From: Haliovirga abyssi
Lineage (GTDB): Bacteria > Fusobacteriota > Fusobacteriia > Fusobacteriales > Haliovirgaceae
Assembly: GCF_030295325.1 (NCBI RefSeq)
Contig: NZ_AP027059.1
Coordinates: 1,048,637 to 1,112,636, forward strand
Direction: 5' to 3'
DNA: 64,000 nucleotides
In this document: positions 29,629 to 38,613 of the stretch, one piece after another
Numbering within the stretch: the stretch's first letter is position 1
Layout: every line of letters begins with the position of its first letter
Made by a program: the position numbers and the translations under genes
The notes under the pieces: model-generated
Database searches by the model: none
Told to the model about the DNA's origin: nothing
Seen by the model: the letters and a program-made list of their open reading frames with translations, nothing else

Positions 29629-30033
29629 ATGAATGAATTAATAATAGCGTGTGCTACAAATAATGGAGAAGAATTTGTAAATGATCATTTTGGTAGTGCA
29701 AATTATTTTGATATTTATAAAATGTCAAAAGAGAGCATTGAAAAAATAGATAGAGTAGATAATACAAGTGAAGAGGAAAAAGAGGATGATGGAATACATG
29801 GAGATCCAAATAAAGCCAAAGGAATATCTGGAATATTAAAAAAGAAAGATGTTCAAGTTGTAGTTGGTTATAAAATGGGACCAAATATCATTAGAATGAA
29901 GAAAAAATTTGTGCCTGTGATCGTTAGAAATATAAATATAAAAAATAGTTTAGAAATTGTAAAAAATAATTTTGATAAAATAGTTGAAGAATTAAATAAT
30001 GGTGAAAATAGAAAACATATAGTATTAGAATAG
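29629..30033 (+). CDS. NifX/NifB-like (FeMo-cofactor-binding fold) domain protein, third copy
   Basis: 134 aa; DHFGSANYFDIYK core motif. Confidence 0.7.
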   Translation: MNELIIACATNNGEEFVNDHFGSANYFDIYKMSKESIEKIDRVDNTSEEEKEDDGIHGDPNKAKGISGILKKKDVQVVVGYKMGPNIIRMKKKFVPVIVRNINIKNSLEIVKNNFDKIVEELNNGENRKHIVLE

Positions 30034-30057
30034 GACCTTTAGGGGTCCTATTTTTTT
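30031..30057 (+). terminator. rho-independent terminator TAGGACC-tttag-GGGTCCTA + T7
   Basis: Hairpin overlapping the stop codon of the NifX-like gene, followed by TTTTTTT. Confidence 0.8.
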
Positions 30058-30069
30058 AGGATAAAAAAA

Positions 30070-30098
30070 TTGATTTTTTATCCATGGTGTGATATAAT
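30070..30098 (+). promoter_or_regulatory. strong sigma70 promoter with extended -10 (TTGATT-17-TGaTATAAT) driving the NfeD/flotillin/giant ATPase operon through a ~220-nt leader
   Basis: -35 30070-30075, TG 30090-30091, -10 30093-30098. Confidence 0.65.
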
Positions 30099-30319
30099 GC
30101 AATGCATATTAACATTGGTATGAAATGGTTGAAAGAATATCTACTTAAGAATAAATTATAAATTTATTCAGGAAGTAAGTAATGCTATTTTTTTAACATT
30201 ATTTAGTAACAAATATCCAAACATTCTAATTTTTTTATAATCTTAATTTAATATAAAATTCTATTGATTAAAAAAATTAGGTGAAATAAAATATTAATTT
30301 TTAGAAAGGAGGTAAATAA

Positions 30320-30964
30320 ATGAACTATATAAAATACGCTTTTACTGGTATTAATATATTGCCATCAATATTTTTACTTATTATAATTTTTTATTGGTTA
30401 ATGACTATACTAGGATTTTTTTCAATTGATTCGGGACTGGATATTAATACAGATGCAAATTCTGATTTAGAGCTTAATTCTGAATTAGAAGGTGATATTA
30501 ATTTAGGAAATCTTTCAATAGCTAGTAAAATTTTTGAATTTTCAAATATGGGAGCAATGCCATTTATGGTCTATTCAACTTTCTATGTTATTGTCTTGTG
30601 GACATTATCAATGTTGACTTATTACATAAAAATATCGCAAAATATATTTATATCTTTAATAATTTTTATTATCAATTTCATCTTAACTTTTTTCTTAACT
30701 AAAATAATAACTCTTCCCTTAGTTAAATTTTTTAAATCTTTTAATATTGATGAAAAAAATAAGATAATTGGCTCTATATGTACATTAAAATCAACTATTG
30801 AAGGAGAACATATAGGATTAGCTGAAGTAGAAAATGATAAATATCCAATAGTAATAAATGTAAAAAGCCCAAATAAGAAAATAGAAAAAGGAGAACAGGC
30901 TATTGTAATATCAGAAGAAAATAACAATAATTTATATATAGTAGAAAAAAATAATTTTTTTTAG
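30320..30964 (+). CDS. NfeD-like (YqiJ/YuaF-type) membrane protein with C-terminal OB-fold-like domain
   Basis: 214 aa; N-terminal TM helices, acidic linker, C-terminal beta-rich soluble domain; immediately upstream of a flotillin gene. Confidence 0.6.
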   Translation: MNYIKYAFTGINILPSIFLLIIIFYWLMTILGFFSIDSGLDINTDANSDLELNSELEGDINLGNLSIASKIFEFSNMGAMPFMVYSTFYVIVLWTLSMLTYYIKISQNIFISLIIFIINFILTFFLTKIITLPLVKFFKSFNIDEKNKIIGSICTLKSTIEGEHIGLAEVENDKYPIVINVKSPNKKIEKGEQAIVISEENNNNLYIVEKNNFF

Positions 30965-30982
30965 AAAGGAGAATGGTTAGAA

Positions 30983-33019
30983 ATGATTGAGTTTATTTTG
31001 TATGTGGTAGGTATTGTAGTTTTTTTGTTATTCATTGGAATACCAATGATTTTAAGTATGTTTTATAAGAAGGTAGTTCAAGGGAAAACCATAGTTAGAA
31101 ATGGAATAGGAGGTTCAAAAGTTTCTTTTTCTGGAATATGGGTAATTCCTATATTGCATAAATTTGAAAAAATGGACATTTGTGTTAAAAGAGTAGAAAT
31201 TGCTAGAGAAGGTAAAGAGGGTTTGATTTGCAAGGATAATTTAAGGGCAGACATAAGAGTAGCTTTTTTTGTAAAAGTAAATCATACTGAAGAGGATGTT
31301 TTGAGGGTTGCTAAATCTTTAGGAACAGAAAAAGCGTCTGATACTGTAACTTTAATGGAGTTTTTTGATGCTAAATTTTCAGAAGCATTAAAAACAGTGG
31401 GTAAAAAATTTGATTTTGTGCAATTATATACTGAAAGAGATAAATTTAAAGATGAAATTTTACAAGTTATAGGTACTGACTTAAATGGATATATTTTGGA
31501 AGATGCTGCAATTGATTATTTGGAACAAACAGATATTAATTTATTAAATCCTGATAATGTGTTAGATGCAGAAGGGATTAAAAAAATAACAGATTTAACA
31601 GCGAAACAACTTGTAATGGCAAATCAAATAAAAAGAGACAAAGAAAAAACTATTGTAGAACAAGATGTAACTGCAAGAGAGGCTATATTAGAATTAGAAA
31701 AACAAAAATCTGAAGCAGAAGAAAAACAAAATAGAGAAATAGAAAATATTAAATCAAGAGAAAATGCTCAAATAAAAATAATTCAAGAAGAGGAAAAATT
31801 AAAATCAGAAAATGCAAGAATTAAAGTAGAGGAAGAATTAATGATTGCAGAAGAAAATAAAAATAGACAAATTATAATAGCACAAAAATCAAAAGAAGCT
31901 ACAGAAGCTGTAGAAACAGAAAGAGTTGAGAAACAAAGATTATTAGAAGCTACAGAAAAAGAAAAATTAGTTTCTTTAGCTCAAATTGAAAAAGATAAAA
32001 AGATAGAGACTGAAAATAAAAATATTAAAGAGATAATAAAAGATAGAGTTATAGTTGAAAAAAGTGTAGTAGAAGAAGAAGAAAAAATAAAGGATACTAA
32101 AGAACTAGCTGAAGCTAAAAGAAAAAAAGGTGTTAGCATTACTGCAGCAGAAGCTGATGCAGAGGTTCAAGGCATAGAAAAAGTAAAATCAGCAGAAGCA
32201 GAAAAAGAAAGTGCTACAATTTTAGCAGAAAAAGAAATTATAGTTGCAGATACAGAACTAAAAACGTCACATAAAAAAGCTGAAGCTACTAAAATATTAG
32301 CAGATGCTAAATCAGAAGAAGCAGCAATAGTAGGAATATCAGAAGCAAGAGTATTAAAAGCAAAAGCGGAAGCATATACAGCTGAAGGGCAATCAAAAGC
32401 TACAGTTATAAAATTAGAAGCTGAAGCTACAGCAAAATCGATAGAATTAAAAGGATTAGCTGAAGCTAAAACTACAAAAGAAAAAGCATTAGCTGAAGCA
32501 GAAGGGATAACTAAAAAAGCTGAAGCAATGAAAAAACTTGATTCTGTTGGAAAAGAACATGAAGAATTTAAATTAAAACTTAATAAGGAAAAAGAGGTAG
32601 AACTTGCTGAAATAAATATTCAAAAAGATGTTGCTGTATCACAAGCGGAAGTTGTAAAAGAAGGACTTAAAAATTCTAATATTGATATAGTTGGAGGAGA
32701 TACTATATTCTTTGATAAATTAGTAAAATCAATTACTTTAGGAAAACAAGTTGATAGAGTGATAGATAATTCGGATGTTTTAAAAAATATAAACGATACT
32801 TTTTTTGATGGAGATGCTGAAAATTTTAAAAAACAATTAAAATCATTTGTTTCTAATTTTAATTTAAATACAGAAGATGTTAAGAATCTTACTATATCAA
32901 GCGCTATATCTAAAATGATGAAAAATTCTCCAAATAAAAATGATTTTTTTAATGGTATTTTAGATAAAGTTAATAAAATAGGAATTGGAGATAAACTTGT
33001 CTCAACAATAATGGATTAG
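30983..33019 (+). CDS. flotillin-like SPFH/band-7 protein (YqiK/FloT family) with long Ala/Glu/Lys-rich coiled coil
   Basis: 678 aa; N-terminal TM, SPFH core (ICVKRVEIAREGKEGLICKDNLRADIRVAFFVKV), then ~350 aa EA/KA repeats. Confidence 0.85.
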   Translation: MIEFILYVVGIVVFLLFIGIPMILSMFYKKVVQGKTIVRNGIGGSKVSFSGIWVIPILHKFEKMDICVKRVEIAREGKEGLICKDNLRADIRVAFFVKVNHTEEDVLRVAKSLGTEKASDTVTLMEFFDAKFSEALKTVGKKFDFVQLYTERDKFKDEILQVIGTDLNGYILEDAAIDYLEQTDINLLNPDNVLDAEGIKKITDLTAKQLVMANQIKRDKEKTIVEQDVTAREAILELEKQKSEAEEKQNREIENIKSRENAQIKIIQEEEKLKSENARIKVEEELMIAEENKNRQIIIAQKSKEATEAVETERVEKQRLLEATEKEKLVSLAQIEKDKKIETENKNIKEIIKDRVIVEKSVVEEEEKIKDTKELAEAKRKKGVSITAAEADAEVQGIEKVKSAEAEKESATILAEKEIIVADTELKTSHKKAEATKILADAKSEEAAIVGISEARVLKAKAEAYTAEGQSKATVIKLEAEATAKSIELKGLAEAKTTKEKALAEAEGITKKAEAMKKLDSVGKEHEEFKLKLNKEKEVELAEINIQKDVAVSQAEVVKEGLKNSNIDIVGGDTIFFDKLVKSITLGKQVDRVIDNSDVLKNINDTFFDGDAENFKKQLKSFVSNFNLNTEDVKNLTISSAISKMMKNSPNKNDFFNGILDKVNKIGIGDKLVSTIMD

Positions 33020-33029
33020 GGTGATTAAA

Positions 33030-36000
33030 ATGGGAAATGTGGAAACTATAGAAAAAACAGAAGAAAAAAAAGGTTCTAAATTTGAAGCATATAATGTAAT
33101 TAGAAAAAGATTAGTAGAACAATCTAATGTTTTAAAAGATAAAATTGACAAATTGAATGTAGATAGAATTAAAATATTTGGAAAAATAGAAAATGGGATA
33201 AAAAAAACAGAGATGATTGTAACTGAAAATAGTTGTATTCCACGTGACATTGTTCCTATACAAAACAAATTAATTTTAGGATACAATGTTCAAATGGGAT
33301 TAAAAACAACAACAGATATTTCTGATATTTTTTCTATATATGAGTATAATGAAGACAGTTTAAAAAAAGTAGGATATGAATTAATAGATGACGATAAATT
33401 TAAAAAAGATTTAAAAGATTTATATAAGTATTATAAAGAGAGTTTCTTTGCAAAATTTTTTGAAAAAGAAAATATTTTACATATGGTTTTTCAAAATGGG
33501 AAAAATGAAGAGGATATAAAAAGTTTTAAATGGATTTTAACTTCTGAGAATAAATTTGTGTATCTTGGAAATAGATTTAGTCACGAAGTAGAATTTCCTA
33601 AACAGCAAGAATTAAATTGGATAAAAACTAAAAGAGAAGACCAGATATCTGGTCTTCACCCTCATATTTCGATAAACGATAAAATTTTTGTAGAGACCAT
33701 TGAAGGAGATTTAACTTTAAAAATAGAAAATAATACTGAAACAGGTAAAGGGATATACTCTGAAGAAGTTGAAAATTTAGATCAAAATTTAGATGATTCA
33801 GAAATATATTATGCTGAGGTAGGAAATTTAATATTATTAAAAATAAAACCTTATCAAGAGAAAACATTTAGAAATCTTGTCTTTAATGAAAAGACAAAAG
33901 AAGTCATTAAAGTTGATGGAATAGAAGAAGCTTGTGTTTTATTACCAGAAAATCAAGGAATAATTTTTCCAAATGGAAGTGTATTGCAATCTGGTGGTGG
34001 GAAAATATTTGATATTAATCATAAAAATATGGTGTTTGAAATTAAAAAATCTTCAAATAATGGAGAAGATTATCAATATATTTTTTATAATAAATCAAAC
34101 GGGGAATATTATATTTATAATTATAATATAATAAATCAAGAAATTATAAAGCCTGTAATTTGTAATGGATATTCTCATTTTAAAAATGGTGATATGATAG
34201 TTTTTAAAGAGGATAGTGAACCTAAAAGGAGTCACACAATACAAATATGGAAAACATCTTTTAGTGATGATAATAACATAGTTGATGAAGAAAATAAAAA
34301 TAATTTTTTATATAATCTTGGAAATAAAGAGATTGTAAAATTAATGGCAGATTGTCACTCTTTATATAAATTGATAAAAAAAGATGATAGTTATTATGGC
34401 TTATATATAGATATAAATAAAGAATCTGAAAAGATTAAAAACAATTATTTTTGGATTAATAAAAAAGAAGCTTATGGTATAAATTCTGTATTAGAAGATA
34501 TAAAAAAAGCTGCAGCAGTAGCAATAAATGAATTTGATAAAGTAGATAAAGAGAAAGAAAATAATAAAAACAGATTTAATTTGGTAAAAAGTAATGTTGA
34601 AAATATAATAAAAAACATAAAATATTCATCTTTTGAAACTATTTATGATTTTGTAAATATTTTAAATGACTTAAGAAAATCAAGAGGAGAAATTTCTAGT
34701 TTAAAAGAATTAAAATTTATAGAGATAAGCTCAATAAATAATTTAGAGAATGAAGTAAAAGAAAATAATTTGAAAATAGCAGAAAAATGTGTTGATTTCC
34801 TTATGGGAAAAGATAGTTTAAATCCTTATGTAGATAGTGTAAAAGAGATAGAAGAAAAATTAGATGATGTAAAAAAAGCAATTACAGGAAAAGAATTAAG
34901 TGAAAAAATAAATGAAGTTTCAGAAGAATTAGAGATTTTAATTAATGTAGTAAATAACTTAAAAATAGAAGATACTACAAAGAGCTCTGAAATTTTGGAT
35001 AAAATTTCTCTTTTATTTTCAAGATTAAATCAAAGTAAATCAAAACTGAATGGAATAGTAAAAAATCTTGGGAGTAAAGAAAAAAAAGGAGAATTTTTTT
35101 CTAAACTTAATTTATTAAGTCAATCAGTTTCTAATTTTTTAGAGATAGCAGATACTTCTGAAAAATTAAATAATTATCTTACTAAATTAATTGTTCAGCT
35201 AGATGAACTAGAGAGTAACTTTTCTGAATTTGAAGAGTTTATTCCTCAAATTACAGAAAAAAGAGAAGAGATAATATCAAGTTTTGAAACTAAGAAACAA
35301 CAAATAGTAGATAAAAAAAATAGAAAGATTGATTCTCTTTTTAAGGCATCAGAGAGAGTTTTGAAGGGTATAGAAAATAGAGTAAATGCTTTAGATAAGA
35401 TAGAAGATATTAATGAAATTTTCTCAGCTGATTTAATGATAGAAAAATTAAGAGATATAATTGATAAATTAACAGATTTAGGAGAAGGAAATAAAGCTGA
35501 CGGTTTAGAAAATAAAATTAAGGTTTTAAAAGAAAATAGTATAAAACAATTAAAAGACAAAAAAGAACTGTTTTTAGATAAAAATACTATTAAATTAGGT
35601 AATAATAATTTCTTGATTAATGATCAAAAAATAGAATTAGCTTTATTAAAAAAAGATGATGGCTTCTATTTTAATATTTCAGGAACAGATTTTTATGAAA
35701 AAATAGATAGTTCAAAAATTGAAAAATATAGAGATGTTTGGGAACAAGAGGTAATATCAGAAAACAAAGAAGTTTATAGAGCAGAATTTTTAGCGTATAA
35801 AATATTAAAAAAATATAAAATTAATGGTGAATTAGAAAAATTATATGCTATTCCAGAAGAAGATTTGAAAGATATAATTAAAAATTATATTTTAGATAAC
35901 TTTAAAGAATATTATGTTAAAGGAGTTCATGATGTTGATGGATTTTTAATTTTGAAAGAACTCTTAATTAAAGAGAAGGAGCTTGAACTAGGAGCATTTG

Positions 36001-37952
36001 ATCCAATTACTAGAGGCGCTGGAAATTTATTTTGGGAATATGGATTAGATAATAAGAATAAAGAAAAACTTTTAAAAAGATTAAAATCTATAAATCTAAT
36101 TAATAAATTTTCAAATAAGAATATTGAAAATGGATTTTTACCTGAATTAGAAGAAAGAATCGGAAAATTTGTTGAAGATAAAAAATGGATAAAATATAAT
36201 AATATAAAAGATATTGCTAATTATATTGCTAAAGAGATAGGCGCAAATAAATATTTTGTAATGAGTTTAGAAGCGAAAGATTTATATGAAGAGTTTATAA
36301 ATCATTTGAAAACTATAGGTGCAAAAAATATTTTTGATAAATCTTTAGAGGATTTAAAAGAGGATATCGAAGGTAAATATATTGTAATAAAAGAATGGAT
36401 AAATTCTTTTATTTTAAACACAGAAAAAAGTTTTGATAGTTTTATTTATGAGTTAATATCGATAATTATATTGGATAATTTTTCAAAAAGAAGAGTTTTA
36501 AAATTAGATACAGCAATAAAAATAAAAGGGTTAGTTGGACAACATAAATTTATAAATCAAACTAAATATGAGATTAATTATAATGATTTTATGTTAAAAT
36601 TAGAAAAATTTAATTCTATAAATGTACCTAAATTTATAGAATTTCAAAAATTAAAACAAGAAGAAATATCCCAAATGAAAGAAAAGTTAAAATTTGAAGA
36701 ATTTATGCCGAAGGTTTTACTTTCTTTTGTTAGAAATAAACTGATCGATAATGTTTATTTGCCATTAATAGGAAATAATTTAGCGAAACAAATAGGAGCG
36801 GCAGGAGCAAATAAAAGAACAGATAACATGGGAGTTTTATTATTAATATCTCCTCCTGGATATGGAAAAACTACATTAGTAGAATATATATCAAATAGAT
36901 TAAATATGTTAATGGTTAAGGTTAATTGTCCAACTATTGGAAATAGTGTAACTTCACTTGATCCAGAACAGGCAGATAATATAAATGCAAAAGAAGAGTT
37001 ACTAAAACTAAATATGGCGTTCGAAATAGGGAATAATATTATGATATATTTAGATGACATACAACATTCTAATCCTGAATTTTTGCAAAAATTTATATCT
37101 CTTTGCGATGGACAAAGGAAAATTGATGGAGTTTATAAAGGAAGAAGTAAAACTTATGATTTTAGAGGTAAAAAAGTTGCTGTAGTTATGGCAGGAAATC
37201 CATATACAGAAAGTGGAGCAAAATTTCAAATACCAGATATGCTTTCTAATAGAGCTGATGTTTATAATCTTGGAGATATGTTGAAAGAAAATGAAGAAGC
37301 GTTTAAATTAAGTTATGTAGAAAATGCAGTGACTTCTAATGTATATTTAAATAAAATTTATATGAAAGATTCTTCAAATATTTATAAATTAATAAAAGTA
37401 ATCGAAACAGGCAACAGAGATAATATAGAATTTAATGGAAATTATACAGAACAAGATATATCAGAAGCTTTAGAAGTTATGAAAAAAATGTTAAAAGTAA
37501 GAGATGAAGTTTTAAATGTAAATATGGAATATATATATTCTGCTTCACAAAGTGAAGAATATAGAGTAGAGCCATCTTTTAAATTACAAGGTTCTTATAG
37601 AAATATGAATAAAATTTCTGAGAAAATTATTCCAATAATGAATAATGATGAATTAAGAAAACTAATTGAAATAAGCTATGAAAATGATTCTCAAACATTA
37701 GCAACTGATTCTGAAGCGAGTATTTTAAAATTTAAAGAAATTACAGAAAGACTGAATGAAGATTCAAGTAGACGTTGGACAGAAATAAAGAATATGTATA
37801 TTAAAAATAAAACTAATGATGGCAGCGATAAAATTATATCTTTAACTAAAGCTATTCGTTCAATAGGTAGAAGTATTGACAGGTTAAAAAAAAATAAAAA
37901 ATATTCTAATGATTATAACAAGAAAAAAGATGACAGCAAAAATATAAGATAA
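33030..37952 (+). CDS. giant (1640 aa) protein with C-terminal AAA_5 (MoxR/McrB-like) ATPase domain, function unknown
   Basis: Walker A ISPPGYGKTTL, Walker B IMIYLDDIQH, sensor/Arg-finger VVMAGNPYTESGAKFQIPDMLSNRADVY around residues 1240-1420; preceding ~1200 aa not recognisable; SD in flotillin 3' end, ATG 33030 eleven nt after the flotillin stop. Confidence 0.75.
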   Translation: MGNVETIEKTEEKKGSKFEAYNVIRKRLVEQSNVLKDKIDKLNVDRIKIFGKIENGIKKTEMIVTENSCIPRDIVPIQNKLILGYNVQMGLKTTTDISDIFSIYEYNEDSLKKVGYELIDDDKFKKDLKDLYKYYKESFFAKFFEKENILHMVFQNGKNEEDIKSFKWILTSENKFVYLGNRFSHEVEFPKQQELNWIKTKREDQISGLHPHISINDKIFVETIEGDLTLKIENNTETGKGIYSEEVENLDQNLDDSEIYYAEVGNLILLKIKPYQEKTFRNLVFNEKTKEVIKVDGIEEACVLLPENQGIIFPNGSVLQSGGGKIFDINHKNMVFEIKKSSNNGEDYQYIFYNKSNGEYYIYNYNIINQEIIKPVICNGYSHFKNGDMIVFKEDSEPKRSHTIQIWKTSFSDDNNIVDEENKNNFLYNLGNKEIVKLMADCHSLYKLIKKDDSYYGLYIDINKESEKIKNNYFWINKKEAYGINSVLEDIKKAAAVAINEFDKVDKEKENNKNRFNLVKSNVENIIKNIKYSSFETIYDFVNILNDLRKSRGEISSLKELKFIEISSINNLENEVKENNLKIAEKCVDFLMGKDSLNPYVDSVKEIEEKLDDVKKAITGKELSEKINEVSEELEILINVVNNLKIEDTTKSSEILDKISLLFSRLNQSKSKLNGIVKNLGSKEKKGEFFSKLNLLSQSVSNFLEIADTSEKLNNYLTKLIVQLDELESNFSEFEEFIPQITEKREEIISSFETKKQQIVDKKNRKIDSLFKASERVLKGIENRVNALDKIEDINEIFSADLMIEKLRDIIDKLTDLGEGNKADGLENKIKVLKENSIKQLKDKKELFLDKNTIKLGNNNFLINDQKIELALLKKDDGFYFNISGTDFYEKIDSSKIEKYRDVWEQEVISENKEVYRAEFLAYKILKKYKINGELEKLYAIPEEDLKDIIKNYILDNFKEYYVKGVHDVDGFLILKELLIKEKELELGAFDPITRGAGNLFWEYGLDNKNKEKLLKRLKSINLINKFSNKNIENGFLPELEERIGKFVEDKKWIKYNNIKDIANYIAKEIGANKYFVMSLEAKDLYEEFINHLKTIGAKNIFDKSLEDLKEDIEGKYIVIKEWINSFILNTEKSFDSFIYELISIIILDNFSKRRVLKLDTAIKIKGLVGQHKFINQTKYEINYNDFMLKLEKFNSINVPKFIEFQKLKQEEISQMKEKLKFEEFMPKVLLSFVRNKLIDNVYLPLIGNNLAKQIGAAGANKRTDNMGVLLLISPPGYGKTTLVEYISNRLNMLMVKVNCPTIGNSVTSLDPEQADNINAKEELLKLNMAFEIGNNIMIYLDDIQHSNPEFLQKFISLCDGQRKIDGVYKGRSKTYDFRGKKVAVVMAGNPYTESGAKFQIPDMLSNRADVYNLGDMLKENEEAFKLSYVENAVTSNVYLNKIYMKDSSNIYKLIKVIETGNRDNIEFNGNYTEQDISEALEVMKKMLKVRDEVLNVNMEYIYSASQSEEYRVEPSFKLQGSYRNMNKISEKIIPIMNNDELRKLIEISYENDSQTLATDSEASILKFKEITERLNEDSSRRWTEIKNMYIKNKTNDGSDKIISLTKAIRSIGRSIDRLKKNKKYSNDYNKKKDDSKNIR

Positions 37953-37986
37953 ATATCTTTAATTATCAAATTTCAAAAATACCTAT

Positions 37987-38024
37987 CTCATAAAATAGTA
38001 ATAAATTTCTTGCTATTTTATGAG
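37987..38024 (+). terminator. 12-bp stem hairpin CTCATAAAATAG-(14)-CTATTTTATGAG after the giant ATPase gene
   Basis: Read directly, 35 nt downstream of stop. Confidence 0.55.
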
Positions 38025-38227
38025 GTAAAAATTGCTAAAAGACGGGTTTTCAATTTTATTTTTAAATACGTAATAGTTTAAGTTTTTTTATAAGAAAATA
38101 TGAGAAACATATCTTTCGAATATTCAGGATTGGTAACTTTTTCTAAATATATGGATAAATTTTTTAGTATCTCAATAGAAAATTTTATATACTTAATTAA
38201 TTGAAAACTATATATTAGTTTTAACAA

Positions 38228-38295
38228 TTGACATTTTAAAATCTATTGACATATTACTTCAATTATGATATACTTTGATTATCAAAGTAAAAGAT
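38228..38295 (+). promoter_or_regulatory. feo promoter: tandem TTGACA hexamers (38228, 38246), 17-nt spacer, TGaTATACT -10 (38266-38274), then near-palindrome CTTTGATTATCAAAG (Fur-box-like) at +1
   Basis: Hexamers and spacing read from sequence; TGATTATCA resembles the Fur-box GATAATGATAATCATTATC hexamer repeat. Confidence 0.55.
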
Positions 38296-38316
38296 ATCAG
38301 AATGGAGGAATATAAA

Positions 38317-38613
38317 ATGACAATATATCTAAACGAGCTGTTACCGGGTCAGTCTGCTTTCATAGTTGGAATTGAAGAAAATTCAACTTTAAGACAAAGA
38401 TTAATGGAACTTGGAGTTAGAGAAGGAAAGCAAGTTTTTATGAGAAGAAGAGCTCCGTTAGGAGATCCTATGGAAGTTAATGTTATGGGAACAAATCTAT
38501 CTATTAGAAAATCAGAAGCTAGATATGTAATGATAGATAAAGTGGTAACTTGCCCTGGAAATGGAAAAATGAGAGGGTTAGGCAAAGGATTAGGAAGGAG
38601 ACATAATAAATGA
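38317..38613 (+). CDS. feoA: ferrous iron transport protein A with Gly/Lys/Arg-rich C-terminal extension
   Basis: FeoA SH3-like motif LGVREGKQVFMRRRAPLGDPMEV; SD GGAGG 38304-38308; ATGA-coupled to feoB. Confidence 0.85.
   Translation: MTIYLNELLPGQSAFIVGIEENSTLRQRLMELGVREGKQVFMRRRAPLGDPMEVNVMGTNLSIRKSEARYVMIDKVVTCPGNGKMRGLGKGLGRRHNK

Noticed and set aside
30099-30319. Riboswitch in the 220-nt leader of the NfeD/flotillin operon
   Set aside because: The leader is almost pure A/T with only a trivial AATAAATT-ATA-AATTTATT palindrome. No conserved riboswitch core motifs are recognisable.
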